From Camelus dromedarius (lineage: Eukaryota), in NCBI RefSeq assembly GCF_036321535.1, contig NC_087436.1:108316001-108380000 (forward strand): 64,000 bases of DNA. The letters are read 5' to 3'. This document shows positions 50,471-63,639 of this stretch, piece after piece (the first letter of the stretch is position 1; the number at the start of each line of letters is the position of its first letter). Below the pieces are notes generated by a model. That model had not been told where the DNA came from, searched no databases, and worked only from the letters and a program-made list of their open reading frames with translations. The translations under genes were made by a program, and so were the position numbers.

Positions 50471-53400
50471 TGAAAAGATTGTCAGTACACTAGGTATTAT
50501 GGTCTCCCATAAGAGCTGGGGAGTAGCAGATTTTTAAATTTTAAATATATTTTTCCGTTTGATATAGTAAAAGAGACATTGCTTTTATAAAAATGGTGGT
50601 AATACTGTAAGAAGCCATTATCATCATGGAGCCATGAATTTTTATTTTGTTTTTCCTAAATGTGTTCAAAGAATCTGAGACTTTCTGTAAGTTCATAATT
50701 ATTCCTCCAAAGGCTGCTCAGTAGATAAACAAAGAGTGAAATTTGTTTAAAGAGAAATTAATAATACTTCACACAGTAGGCACATAAGAATTCAGTTATC
50801 ACTTGGTAAATAAATGGATTATCCAGGCATTTTGATCAGTGGATTTGGGATCATAAGTCTTCTTATAGATTCTGTAGATTCTGTATATCTGCATGACTCA
50901 TTATTGGACTGTCAATCAACACTTTGCTAAGGTGTCTTTAAAATTATGCACCTAACTATAAAATGGCTTATGCATTACTTCAGTGGAAAAATTCAATTAT
51001 GATAGTAGGGGACATGATAATCACAACTAGAGAAAAAAATCATGAAATATTCTCAAGATAACATCAAAGAATAATTCAAATAGTTAGAAAAGTGAAGACA
51101 ATATTTTGATGAAAATATCAGTGCTTAATAACTTGAACTTCTTGGGGTTGAAATCAATAGTTACCATTGGTCTATAGGACAGCTTTCTTTTGTGCACCAA
51201 TGAACAAATGAATATCAGGTCAGGAATACAGGACACCTTGCAGCATAGAATTCAGGGGCTCATTGGATAAAGGGACTTCTTCCTTACTCTTTGTGATGGA
51301 CATTTTAAAAACAAGTAGAGCCCCTCTGTATTGTTACAGCGTGACTCTGCCCATTGGTGGCCCTTCCTGCCTTTGCCTCTCTAAACTCAGATTTTCTTCC
51401 ATAATGTGAACATTGTTATACATCTTGAAGATAAGGCTTCAGAGTTAAATTAATTATAAAAATATCTTCTGAATCTTCTTTTAAGGGGAAAGAAGAAATT
51501 AAAAATGCAACACCCAAGCATTAAACTACTATTTACTTGACTTTTGATTGTGTTATGTGCCCTGCTAATGGTAAGTATCTATTCTGATGGACATTTGAAA
51601 GAAGTTTTCTAATAATTATCTCACAATCTTCTTTAACAAACACATCTCAGGTACAGTCACATGTCCACCTACTGATTAAATTTTTCCAGGAAAGAGATAA
51701 ATCTTTGAACAATAGATCATCACAACAAATTTGATTCTCCTTTACGTTTATATTTCAATGGCAGGCCTAATACCTAAATCAATGTGTTTAAAAAGAAACC
51801 CCCTTAGGATTCTTTAAATGATTTATTGCCTTAGTTACATTACTGCTTCAGGTGTAATCGGGAATATTTGTCTTCATGTCATTTCATCGGAGATATGGGA
51901 TAGAATATGCTAATGTGCCTGTCTTTGTATATAATGTTTTATTAGTCTTTTGTTTGTTTCAGTCTCTTAATTAGTGACAGTCATTTAAAGCCATCCATCT
52001 TTGTTCAGACTTATGCAAATATTATAAGTTAATAATGAGAGTTTGAAAGGACCCTGTTTATCAGCCTTTATCTTGAGTTTATTAGTCAATTAGTTTGTTC
52101 AGCTCAATAAAATGTCATTTTTTAAAGCTATAAAGCTAGAATTCATCAATCAAATAATTATTAAAAATTCTTAAGGATAATTGTGTGTTTCACATCAGAG
52201 TACAAATACCACTTGTGAAATCCAATAGCTCTTCAATATCCCATTATTTCTTCTGCCTCAGTGCAGCCCCCATCCATGTCTTCAGTGACTGCTCAGGAAA
52301 ATGATAAGGCTTTGTTAACATTTACTCCCAAAACGCCATCTTGAATTTATTGACTCACTGCAGTTTAAAACAGAACCCTCATAGTTTACTAATGGTAATT
52401 GGAGTTAATGCTTTAGAGGTTGATTAAAATGCTTGTTGGTACTATGAGAAATGCACCCTTAATTATAATCTTCTTAATAGTTAGCTCACACAATCAAGAC
52501 AAAAATTATCACTTAGTTTACAGCTTTGCATATTCATTGTGCACTCACACCTTCACATTTGGGTTACATTGTTTTGTTCCAAAACTCATGTGGCAGATAG
52601 CTTGGAAGTGCTGATGTGCAACTCTCATCAGTATATTGCTGGGTTCTCTCCCCTTTTATTGTTATTGGTGGTCTGTCTTCCTGTGTATGAGGATCCGTAG
52701 TTCTAGTAAAATATCAGAATTGTTCTCCTTAAAGTCCAGATTTTTCCAAGGACTGTGCTTGGGGGTGAGATTAATGATACAATCCCTGGGCTCAGATCAT
52801 TTACAGGATAGTGGTGAAAACAGACACGGACTAGACTTCAAGCTTCCTAGGGTCAGGGACCGGACCATGTCTACTTTTATGTCCCCACTGCCTTGCATGC
52901 ATCAGTGACAAACTAGTTACACAGTGTAGTTGGATTAAGAAGAGGTATATACACAGAGGGAAAGAATGTGACTGTAGGGGTCAAAGTGAATGACAAATTT
53001 TGAGCAGATGCCCAGGGAATAGAATTTTTCCAGGAGAAGGAAGTGCAGATTTCCTTTAGGAAACTGGGAATACTTGTGGTTTTCCAGACGTATGATGTGC
53101 AAGGTTAGGTGGTGGAATAGCATGAAGCTGGGATGATGGGGTGTGCTAAGAGTGGGAAGGCTTTGAGTGGCATGCTGAGGAATTTGAATATTATTCACTG
53201 TGTTGAAGAAGCCGTCAAAGATGTGCATTCAGTACACATTCCTGATAGAAATTGAAGGATCAGAGAAGGTAGCAGAAGAGAGGATGAGCTAATGTACTCC
53301 AATATGCTCATGTGGCCACCTAGCATCAGAAAAATCAGCATGCAGGCTAAATCTTAGCATGCTAGCTACATCTGAATCTGCTCCATTTTAGCTAGATAGA

Positions 53401-53569
53401 TTACTCCGTTCTCTGGTCTTCAGAGCCCTAATCTATAATTAGGATTATAATACTAATTAGGATTAGTTTTTTAAATATTAGAGATTGTAAGTATAAAGTA
53501 CTTGAAACAAAGTAAATGCTCTTTAAGTACTGAGAGGTTATAGAAATGAATTCATGTTAATATTTACAG

Positions 53570-54472
53570 AAATAATCCAATTAAAAAGGGTAAAGGATCT
53601 GAATGAATAGACATTTCTCCAAAGAAGTTATAAAAATGGCCAATATGCACATGAAAAGATGCTCAACATCACTAGCCATCAGGAAAATGAAAATCAAAAC
53701 CACATTGAGATAACCACTTTAAACCTGTAAAGATGGTTATAATAAAAAACACATAAAAATAAATGTTGTCAAGGAAGTGGAGAAATTAGAGCCCTCATGA
53801 ACTGCTACAAGAATATAAAATGGTACATTCACTTTGGGAAAAAAATTCTGGCAATTCCTCAAAAGGTTAAACGTAGAATTACCATAGGACCCAGCCATTT
53901 TATCCCTAGGAATATTCCTGAGAAAAATGAGAATTTAAGTCCATACAAAAGTTGCACTAGAACTTTCATAGAAGCATTATTCATAATAGCTAAGAAGTGG
54001 AGACAACCCAGATGCCATTACGTGATGGACAGATCAAGTAAATGCAGTACATGATGAAATATGGTTCAGCAATTAAAAAAGGAATGAATCAGTGATAGAT
54101 GGTACAACAAGGCTACACCTGGAAAACATTTTGCCAAGTGAATGAAGCCACTCACAAAAGACAGTATGATTGTATGATTCCAAAAGGACTTTATGATTTT
54201 ATTTATATGAAGTTCATATGTGGTTTCTAGGATAGGCAATTCTATAAAGTGCCCGCCTAAGGCTGTGGTGTTGGGGGAAGATGGAGGGTGACTGCTAAGG
54301 GGTACAGGGGGTTTTAGGTTGGGGCAAAGAAGATGTTCTAAAATTGATTCTGGTAATTGTGGTACAACTGTGACTATACTAAGCACTGCTGATACTCACT
54401 TAATACCATTCAAAGAGTGAATTTTATGGTATTTAAATTTTATCTCTTATATTATAAAACTGTTACAAAAAA
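53570..54472 (+). mobile_element. L1MB-like 3' end
   Basis: AATAGACATTTCTCCAAAGAAG..GCACATGAAAAGATGCTCAACATCACTAG..; 3' UTR AAGATGTTCTAAAATTGATTCTGGT..GTGAATTTTATGGTAT. Confidence 0.9.
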
Positions 54473-55185
54473 AGTGGGTAAGTAATTGATACATTGAGTA
54501 CTTCATGAAAGAAAAATTATATACATATAATGTATCTCTATTATATATGTATATATCTCTTTTACTCATTGAAGCAACCCTCCCTATGAAACAGTGACAT
54601 TTTTAACACAATCTTATAGGCAAGAAAACTGAAACTTCTGGAAATGAGGTACAATTTCTGGGTGGGATAGTTGTGAAATCTATTATTATATATACATTTT
54701 GCATGTATTATGACATAATTATGCAGTACATATAATATGCTATTATGCTATAAAGTAAATATATTTTAAAGTATTTTTGAATAATGGTAATTAGTGTAGT
54801 TTAGTTACCTGTAGCTAACCTGCTAGCTTCCCTCATTCTTGCTCAGGAACCTATTCTCAGGCAACAAGTGGCCCTCTCTAACCCTCCCTGCTAATGCAGT
54901 TTTGTGTGTAAACGGCCCCATCTCCACCCCAGAGAAAGGGGAGAATCTGGTCATCTACTCTTTCACCTTTCTGAGCTGTCCCTGACATCAGTTATGCAAG
55001 ATGAGATATTCAGGAGCAGAGAAGCTTCATGCAAAAATAACTGCTTAGCATAGCAGATGTTATGCCCCTAGTAAGTCCTTTAACAATAGCTGAATTTTTG
55101 AATGCTTATAAGTACTAAGCATTTTTATGACATGCCTTTAACAAGCATTATTGTATTGTCATAACAACAAATCTCTAAAGAGAGG

Positions 55186-55297
55186 TAAGGTGACCAACTC
55201 ATCCTGGTTTGCTGGGGACTTTCCCATTTTAGCACTGAAAATCCATGTCCCCAAAATCACCTTAGTCTCAGGCAAACCTAAATGGCTGGTCAGCCTG
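55186..55297. mobile_element. MER81-like hAT-Blackjack MITE, complete
   Basis: TIRs TAAGGTGACCAA...TGGTCAGCCTG; internal TTTTAGCACTGAAA; 8-bp TSD AAGAGAGG/GAGAGAAG (6/8). Confidence 0.85.
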
Positions 55298-57210
55298 GAG
55301 AGAAGACTTATATTGACTCACCTTCTCAACAAGGAATTTAACAGTGTGTATTGTTCTTTTTTTTTTTTTCAAAAATGAAAAAAAAAACCCAACATGCAAT
55401 TTCTAATTCTTACCCCCTTTTACAAGTTATTTTTGATGGCATATCATTTGTTGATTGAGCACCAAGCTTCATGAAGAGAGACTAAAGACATTCTCAGAAT
55501 AGTAACAAAGTGTATTTTAGGATACATCAACAAAAGAGTTGATACAGTAATTAAGCACACCTGAAATCTGGTGTGACCTATAATTACACGTTGCATGGAA
55601 ACTTTTATACTGAACCAAAGAAAAACACATCTTCTGTTTAAAATGTCAAACTGATCATTGTTCCTTATTTTTCTCTTGGATATAGAGTGACATTTCCATG
55701 AACACTCATTTCTGGTTTAGTGATACAGAAAAACACAATAGCTATTACCAATTATTTAGTTCCTACTGAGCTGTCCATAAGGGACTTGTAAAAGTGGTGG
55801 CATCAATTGATACTCCGTCCCTTTCTCTCTTGCCTGCTCTATTTAAAGATAGCATAGTCTGAGTCTTGGTGTGAAATTAATCTATCTTCAGGTTCTTGTC
55901 TCCAAAATGCAGTTCCTACATCTCATACCAAAAGGAAGTTAGTTCTTTCTGGGGTTGTCCTCTAAAAGGAGAATTCAAAGTTTAGGCTGTGCAAGAGAGG
56001 GGTAGTGTTTAGGAAATGAGCTTTCTGAATATTCTGTTTCTCTTAAAGTTTGTGGAAATTCTTTCTCTGAAAATAATGAGACCGGATAGACAGCAGCAGT
56101 GGTGAGCTAGTTGCCTAGATGTACCTGTCAGAAGGTAAGCTGTCCCTCTGAAGATCTGTAGTGCCTAGCATGGTGCCTGGCACAGTAAGCACTCAGGAAG
56201 TGATGATCTTTCCTTCCTCACCTGAGGGCTGAAATACGAAGTACATGGAATTCAGTGCTCTGTGTATGTTGAAGCTATTAAAGAAGTCAGATTCATGAAG
56301 GTAGGGACAAATATTTCTATTCCCTGAAGCCTTGGCATTGCCTCACAGTGTGTAGCTAATAGTGATGCTTACAAGTATTTTATAAATTAAGGAGTAAATG
56401 AATGAGTTTCTATGTCAAGGTGTAACTCACCAGGAGGAAATTGGGTGGTTTGCCTACAGGTAGTATAGAGAATATGGAGAGTACTTCTCATAAATCATTA
56501 CCATGTCTGCTTGGAGTATAAACAGCAGTCAATTTGTAGCCCTAAGTGTTGGTCAATGTAGAGGCAAGGTGACTCACAGCAAACACAGTCGAACAGAGAT
56601 CCTCTCTTTCATGCACTCTTTGAGGAGCTTCATGTCTATTATTGGGGGAAATTCATTGTCTCCTTAGTAGTTCAGTTTCCCATTAATGTCTAAGAGCAGA
56701 GTTGATTCTGCTTCAAGAAAGAACAAGGATACAGGAACATAAAGAAAAGTTCAATTACATACAAACCACCAGATTCTGAAAAGTAATAGTCAGCTTCTTT
56801 ATGGTTTCTAGAGTATCTACTATTAAAAAGTCACTTCCCAGAATTTATACCATCCATTATAGATTAACATATAGTCTTAGAAAGATAGTAGAGTAATATT
56901 CTTTCCCTGGTTGATGAGTGTTAGGTCATCAAGATCCCAAGGTATGGTTTGTTCCAGTTCTCCCTAACGTGTAGCTACTCATTCCCTTATTTGAGCCAGC
57001 TTTGATATGTCCAGTGAGATGATAAAGAAATAGACACGATTGTTTGGTGGTATGTGGAATCAAGTCATTTTTCCAGTAGATTTTTAAATCTGACATTCCA
57101 CGTATAATGGAATGTGACATCTGGTTTGCAACAGTTCTGGTTGGCTTCTTCTAGCACTTGACCAACTAAGAACCCTCTCTAAGCCGAACAGTGTCAATCC
57201 AGTACTTGAA

Positions 57211-57256
57211 GGTGATGATGATGATGATGATGGTGATGGTGATGGTGATGGTGATG
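57211..57256. repeat. (GAT)n/(GGTGAT)n microsatellite at a MIR tail
   Basis: Direct reading. Confidence 0.9.
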
Positions 57257-57257
57257 A

Positions 57258-57492
57258 AAAATAACACTTACCGAGCACTTACTTGGAGGTCAGAATCTAT
57301 CTAGATGCTTTAAATATCTGAATCCTTTTAATCTTCACAACCATTCTGTAAGTTTCTAGCATTGGTCCCTGATGGAGAAGAAGAAACTGAGTCTCAAAGG
57401 GATCAGTAGCTTGAGATCACCCAATTTGGAAGTGGAAATTCACATACAAGCATCTGGTACAGGTGCCCATACTTCTAACCACTGAACTATAT
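57258..57492 (-). mobile_element. MIR SINE
   Basis: ATAACACTTACCGAGCACTTAC..TTTAATCTTCACAACC..GAAGAAACTGAGTCTCA..CTTCTAACCACTGAACTAT. Confidence 0.8.
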
Positions 57493-58261
57493 GCTTTTCA
57501 TTCTGATGCTCTCATTTCCTGCTAGACTCAGTATCCTTCAAGGAGCTGCAGACACTTACGTGGAACCCTCTCTACTTAACTCCTATCCCACCTCTATCCA
57601 GTTGTTCCCACTACTGTCTTTAAAACTTGAGGATCTGTATCAATGAAGTCCCAGGTCTGCTTTATTATGGTGTTGAAAATATATGGAGGAAGATTATCTT
57701 CAGGAAGGAGCCAAAGCAGCCCTCCCAGTGCCAGGAATAACTCAGTAAATCAGTGTAAATTATGTTACAAACATATAGAGTTAATGATATTTGGCTGCAA
57801 TTTGTTTTCTCTCCCCTTCCAACCTTCTACCCAGAGAGCTCAGCAACTTAAAGCAAAAATGCCATTACCTCCCAAACTATTTCTATGATAGTGACACGGC
57901 CAGTTATTGTCATCTATAATTCACAGAATACTTTATATCGTTGTGTCTTTCTCAGAGTCAAATGACAATGCCAGTTGGCAAATCCTTTGGATCAATTCCT
58001 GTCTCTTTTTGATCACTGTGATTTGTGAGCACACGAGAAATGGTCAGTGCATTCTAATAGGCATGGACTTAACAACACACCATATATTATTACATGTCAA
58101 TCTGGGGTGGCATTTTACTGCTACATCTATCTGCTTGTACCCTGGAATTAAATGTGTCTCTACTTGCTAGGCATGGTTCAAAATCATCCCATTGTTCACT
58201 GTTTCATGGTAAAGATAGATGATGTGAATTTATAATCAGAGTCAGCTTGAATGATTTAACA

Positions 58262-58975
58262 TTATTCCTTCAACAGGTATTTATTTGATAGTTACAGTGT
58301 GCCAGTAACAAAGCTGAGGAAAGTAGGGGAAAAACAGACGAGTCTCCTATTCCCATGGAGCTTAAATTATAGTGTGGGTGAGTCAGAGGAAGCCCTGAAC
58401 TAAGGAATATGGTTTAATATAGATTCTATGAAAAAAAAAAAACTATGGTCATATAATAGATATCACTATGGAAGAGTAGGAGGGAGGTACAGTTAGATAA
58501 ATAAGTTAGAGATGTCTTTTCTGAGGTAGTGAGGCTTCTGGTGAGACCTGAAAGATAAGAAGGAGATAGACAGGCAAAAACTTGGTGAACGAGTATTCCG
58601 GAGAGAGCAAGTGCAAAGTCCCTGAGGCAGGAGTGAACTTGGTAAGCTCTTGTGGAGCAGCAAGAAGCCAGTGTGCTCTGGGATGGGTGAGGTAAGGGAA
58701 TGGAGAGTGGAATTAAAGGAGGTATGAGAGGTAGGCATGTGATAGGTCACATGGAGCTTTGCAGGTAGAAGTTGTTTATTTTTATTTATTTATCTTCTTA
58801 TTTGTAAGTAGTGTGAGAAGTCTCCAAGGCCCTTTGAGAAGGGCAGTGACATTATCTAATTTAGGTTTTTGAAGACTCTTCTGGCTCTTGCAGTGAGACA
58901 GGGTCATAAAGAGCAAGAATGAAATCATGGAAAACAATCTGTAGGAATTTACATCAATGCAGATGAAATCTGAGA
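58262..58975 (-). mobile_element. L2 3' end
   Basis: TTCCTTCAACAGGTATTTATT..GTGTGCCAG; CAAGTGCAAAGTCCCTGAGGCAGGAGTGAACTTGG..CAGCAAGAAGCCAGTGTG. Confidence 0.85.
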
Positions 58976-59059
58976 TGTTTTAACCATAGTATAATAGATA
59001 AGCCTATAAAAGAATCATCAAATATGCATCGAGGGGCTTGTCTGTGCCAGGTGTTCAAG

Positions 59060-59812
59060 TTCTTCCCCTTGTCACACTGTCCTCTGGGCTTTTGCACACA
59101 TTCTTTTTCTCAAATGCTCCTCCACCCTCTTCTTTGCCTTGTTGCTTCTATGTAGCCTCCAACCTAGATAACAGTTTCTCCAGGGAGCCTTCCCTGACCC
59201 CCAAATTAAGATGAGTTACTTCATAGCAACTTACATCTCCCTTATCATGGAACTTTTTTTCTCTCTTTCTGTCTTTGCTTATCTGTGTTTCCCATTAGAC
59301 TATAAACTGCTTGAAGAAAGACTTACAACTCGGTCACTGTATTAGTTTGCTCAGGCTGCTGTAACAAGGTACCACAGACTGGGTAGTCTGAACAACAGAG
59401 ATTTGTTTCATCCCAGTTCTTGAGGCTGGGAGTCTAAGATCAGTTTGTCAGCAGGGTTGATTTCTTCTGAGGCCTCTCTCCTTAGCTTGCAGATGGCAGC
59501 CTTCTTACTGTGTCCTCACATGGTTATCCTCTTGTCAGACACACTTCTGTGGTCTCTTTATTCAGGTGTCCAAATTTCCTCTTCATGTAAGGACATCTGT
59601 CATTGGATTAGAGCCCACCTATGTGACCTCCTTTTACCTTAGTTTCCTCTTTAAAGGCCGTACCTGTCTCCAAATTCAGTCACATTCTGAGGTACTGGGA
59701 GTTAGGATTTCAATCTGTGAATTTTGAGGAGACACAGTTCAGCCCAATATAGTCACTTTTGTATACCCAGTATTTGGAAGATTGTAGGTGTTCAATAAAT
59801 ATGCGTTGATTA
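59060..59812 (+). mobile_element. L2 3' end split by an MLT1A0 insertion
   Basis: CTCCAGGGAGCCTTCCCTGACC, CCATTAGACTATAAACTGCTTGA, resuming after 59756 with GTAGGTGTTCAATAAATAT. Confidence 0.8.
59338..59751 (-). mobile_element. MaLR solo LTR, MLT1A0-like, full length with 5-bp TSD
   Basis: TGTATTAGTTTGCTCAGGCTGCTGTAACAAGGTACCACAGACTGGGT...GGAGACACAGTTCAGCCC; perfect TSD GTCAC at 59333-59337 and 59752-59756. Confidence 0.92.
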
Positions 59813-60289
59813 ATTTTATCTTGTTTTATAATTATTATCTTAGTAATAATTATACCGTAGGGAATAGGGTGAGATCTCATTACAACTCCAGGTATTTTGA
59901 TTCCTAGTTGATCCAGGATTTTAGCCCTGGGTTCAGCTTGCTTTTCAATAAATAAAACATTAAATATCAATAAGCTTCTTTATTACCAAGATTCAGAGAT
60001 TACTACAGGTGAAGATGTTACTAAATCTTGAAATTTTCCATTAATGCTCCATTTTTAGAGCAGGGTTCTAAAGTTTGAGCATTGTTCTATGTTCTGAATA
60101 ATGGATGGAACTATATACTCTCATAGTTAAAGTTATACCCCAAGAGTGGTTTCATTAACTCTACTAGAGTCTTCATAATTTTAATTTTTACTTTGAATTT
60201 ATTTGAACTTTTTAATATTGCCCTCTTTGGTCATTATACTGATCCTTCAAAGTGGTCAATACAAGCTATACTTATCCTCAATTTTCAGT

Positions 60290-60842
60290 TGGGTGATCTC
60301 TTTTTAACATAAACCTGGTCGGATCACTGCCTTGCTTAAAAGTCATCTCTGTTTCTCATCGATCTTAGAGTGAAAGCTATAAATCTCACTCTGTAGTCTG
60401 TGAACCCCTGAATACTCTCATTTACCTCACTGGGCTCTTGGCCTACCATCCTCTCTCCTGTCCCTTGATTATTCTAAGTGTTTCAGACTTTAGTATGTGC
60501 TGTTATAACTGTCAGGAAATCTGCCCATTCATACCTTATCTAATGTTGCACAACAGTGTCTTAAGACAACTTTTTGAGACATGTCCCCTTCGCTCAAACT
60601 GGTAGCTATGTTCCATTAGGTCTGGGTTGCTTAGCTCCTGTTAATTCTCCTGAATCCTTTACAACAGTTTGATACTTTCAGTTATTAACTTAAATATGCC
60701 TGTTTGACTAATGCATACCTCCATGGTAGACTGTCAGCACCACATGGGAATTACTGGGTCTCTTTCTGTTCACTACTGTATCTCCAGGTCTATCTATTTC
60801 AACATTTAGTTGGTGCTCAGTGAATAGCTGTTGACAGAAAAT
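60290..60842 (+). mobile_element. L2 3' end
   Basis: GATCACTGCCTTGCTTAAAA, TAGACTGTCAGC, TGTTCACTACTGTATCTCCAG, GGTGCTCAGTGAATAGCTGTTGA. Confidence 0.75.
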
Positions 60843-62246
60843 AAAGCTGGTAGTCATGGAAACATTAATTTACTCACTAAGTAGTTCCAAAGTGGTAAGA
60901 AGATCGAAACCCCCATCTCCCAATTCCATTGCACCCTCTGACATGGTTATAAATAGATAATTGAGGGGGCAGGGAGGAATATGATACCAAAAACTAAAAT
61001 TTTAAAACTAAGAATAAATCAACCATAGTAAATTCAAAATTTTAATGTACCTGCACAATCATCAACTCAGTGGGAAAGTTCTATTACACATGACACACGA
61101 TTTTCCCCAAAGTTTATGTTTTACCTCTATATCTTTATCTTGTGGAAGCAGGGGTGGGACATAAGATGAATGAAATTAAAATGCTTAGTCTCAGTAATTT
61201 CAGTGGCAAAACTGAACATAACCCCTAAAAAGTTTTAGTGAGACTAACAATAAATTTATTTTCTATGCACATGAATTACTCAAGAATGCCAAGTACTTTT
61301 AGAAGCTAAGTAGAAATCCTACTTGCAGTGTAGATGCATGTGAATGACAAATCTAGCCCCAAAATAGCATGTGCCATTGCTAATCGTTACAAATCTACTA
61401 TCTGCCTGCAGTGCTGTGGAAACAGCATTTCATGTGTCTTTCCTCCTGAATAGACATAGAGGTCTTGAAAAAGTAAAATAAAAGCTTCAGGCTTAATTGA
61501 GTGACAGTGAAAAAGTAGAGAATTATTATTTAAACCTGAGTTTTCAATAAAGGCGGTGGGAAAGCTGAGGGAAATGACATCTTATACCTTCCCTCAAGCT
61601 GACATTTAGTTATTAATGAAGGTTCAGAACACCTCTTAGTTGTTTTCTTAAACTCATTGCCAAATCTGTGGACACTGACACTGCAGATCTCACCCACAGT
61701 TGCATTTCACCACCAGTAAACAAGGGCTTGGGCCCTATAGACTTAAAAAGCTAAAAAGTAAACATACTTGTGTTTGCATCCAACACTTAACAGGGCTGAG
61801 CTTAGAACAGGCACCTTTTGCCAGGCTTATCAAATGCCTGTTTTGGCGTTGTAATAATCAGCGGGCTGTTCGTCAACTCAGTCCATGTATCTGTGTATCA
61901 GTGACACTGATGAGACTGTGGTATACATGTGAGTGGTGAGGAAAGATACTGCACCATGGAGAACAGTGGGCTTTAGAGATTAGGTATGAATGAAAGAGAT
62001 CTATCCAGTATGGTAAACTATATGTAATCTATACCTAAAACATGGTTGTTGATTAAAGTTGAAAATGTCTGACTTTCTTCACCTACAGCAACTTGCTTGG
62101 AGTAAGTTTTAAGATACTCCATCTTTCTTAGCATTTTAATGAGCGATTCTTGGAAACCAGTCCATCAGTAATCATCAAAAATTCCTCAAAAAGTGATCCA
62201 TACTTTACCTTGGAAATAGAAGGAATGTATAGAATCCCTCAATAAA

Positions 62247-62250
<4 letters not shown>

Positions 62251-62304
<54 letters not shown>

Positions 62305-62354
62305 ACACACACGCACACACGCACACCCCAACACCCGCCCCCGCCCCCACCCCC
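62251..62354. repeat. (TC)n + (CA/CG)n microsatellite followed by C-runs with GC boxes
   Basis: Direct reading: TC repeat to ~62304, alternating ACACACGCAC to ~62325, then CCCCAACACCCGCCCCCGCCCCCACCCCC. Confidence 0.95.
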
Positions 62355-62569
62355 TAAGGGTGAAGGACAGATGAGCTGTATTTTTTTCCGGTTGCTGAGG
62401 CCACCTGTGCTTAAGAATCTGATCAAAGTAAATAAAACATTAATGAAATTTGATACTGGCTAAACAGAATAAAATCCAGCAATATTTCTAAAATATCATC
62501 TAAGGCAGTTATTCAACTGTATACGAGGCACCTCTTGTACACCAGACAGATACAAGAAGCACATGGTAT

Positions 62570-62770
62570 GGTAGGATGAGCTTAGGTTCTAGAGTCTAGA
62601 AATTTTACAACACAGGCTCTGCCTTTTCCTAGTTCCAAAACAGTGAGAAAATTATGGCCCTCTATTTTCTGATCTGTGAAATGGGAATAATAACAATACC
62701 ACCAGTAACAACTGTGAACATGAAAAGGTTGTATGTGTAATTGCCCTGTGCTTGGTCGTAGGTGATCCAC
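62570..62770 (+). mobile_element. MIR SINE
   Basis: TTTTCTGATCTGTGAAATGGGAATAATAACAATACC. Confidence 0.75.
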
Positions 62771-63269
62771 AATTAGAAAATTTTCTTTTTTTCTTCTTAG
62801 ATACTAGAATTCAGTGAAGACCCAGTCCCTGAGGTCAAGTAGGTCTATAGGTGGGTGGTGAGAGGAGGAAGCAGAAATACATATTACAACATGAAATGCA
62901 GGTGTACAACATGAAATGCAGGTGCAATAGTAAGAGTATTTACAGAATTTCCACAGAGAAAGGCCAAGCATGAATCTTTCTGAGTGGGATACGTAAGAAG
63001 AGTTGACATGGGTGGGTGTTGAAGAACTGTCCCTTGAAGGATGAAGGAGTTAAATAAATAATTATTTTCCATCTATTATCTACAAAGCCATATGGCAGGG
63101 TAGTATAATAGCATGAAAATGGTTTATACACTGCTGTTGTGGTCATAAATTAGTATCAACACCTGAGAAAGTAGTATGGAAGAATGTAGGAATATTGAAA
63201 AATGTGTGATTCAGTGTTTAAGGAACAATTTCATCCATTGGAGTTTACTCTGGTGAAACTCTCCCACCT

Positions 63270-63590
63270 AGAAGTAAAAGGAGATTCAGCACAATGTTGT
63301 TTGAAATATTGAGTGAGAGGCAAGGTTACTTGAGGACTTTGAATAGGTTAGTGACACGATATGACTTACGTTTTAAAAGGATCCCTCTGACTGCTGTATT
63401 GAGAATACAGTTGGGGAGTGTCCAAGGAGGACACATTTAGACCAGCTGGAAGACTGGTAATCCAGATGAGACATGATGGTGCTTCGGTCCAGGGTGATGA
63501 CAGCACTAGAAATGGCAAGAAATAGATGGATTCTGGGTGTGTTTTGAAGATAGAGCCAGTGGTATGCAAACTGTGGGAAATTCATATGAT
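63270..63590 (-). mobile_element. L2 fragment
   Basis: TGACTTACGTTTTAAAAGGATCCCTCTGACTGCTGTATTGAGAATA; ATGGATTCTGGGTGTGTTTTGAAGATAGAGCCA. Confidence 0.85.
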
Positions 63591-63639
63591 GAGGTACTAT
63601 TCAGCAGTTGAAAGAGTAAACTAGTTGGTAATCTAAGCA

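Noticed and set aside
51345..51365. CTCF-like site (GGCCACCAATGGGCAG on minus)
   Set aside because: Mismatches at core positions; not supportable without a PWM scan or ChIP data.
8019..55297. Two oppositely oriented MER81 copies as ends of a composite transposon
   Set aside because: Each has its own pair of TIRs, the flanks share no TSD, and MER81 is a dispersed family.
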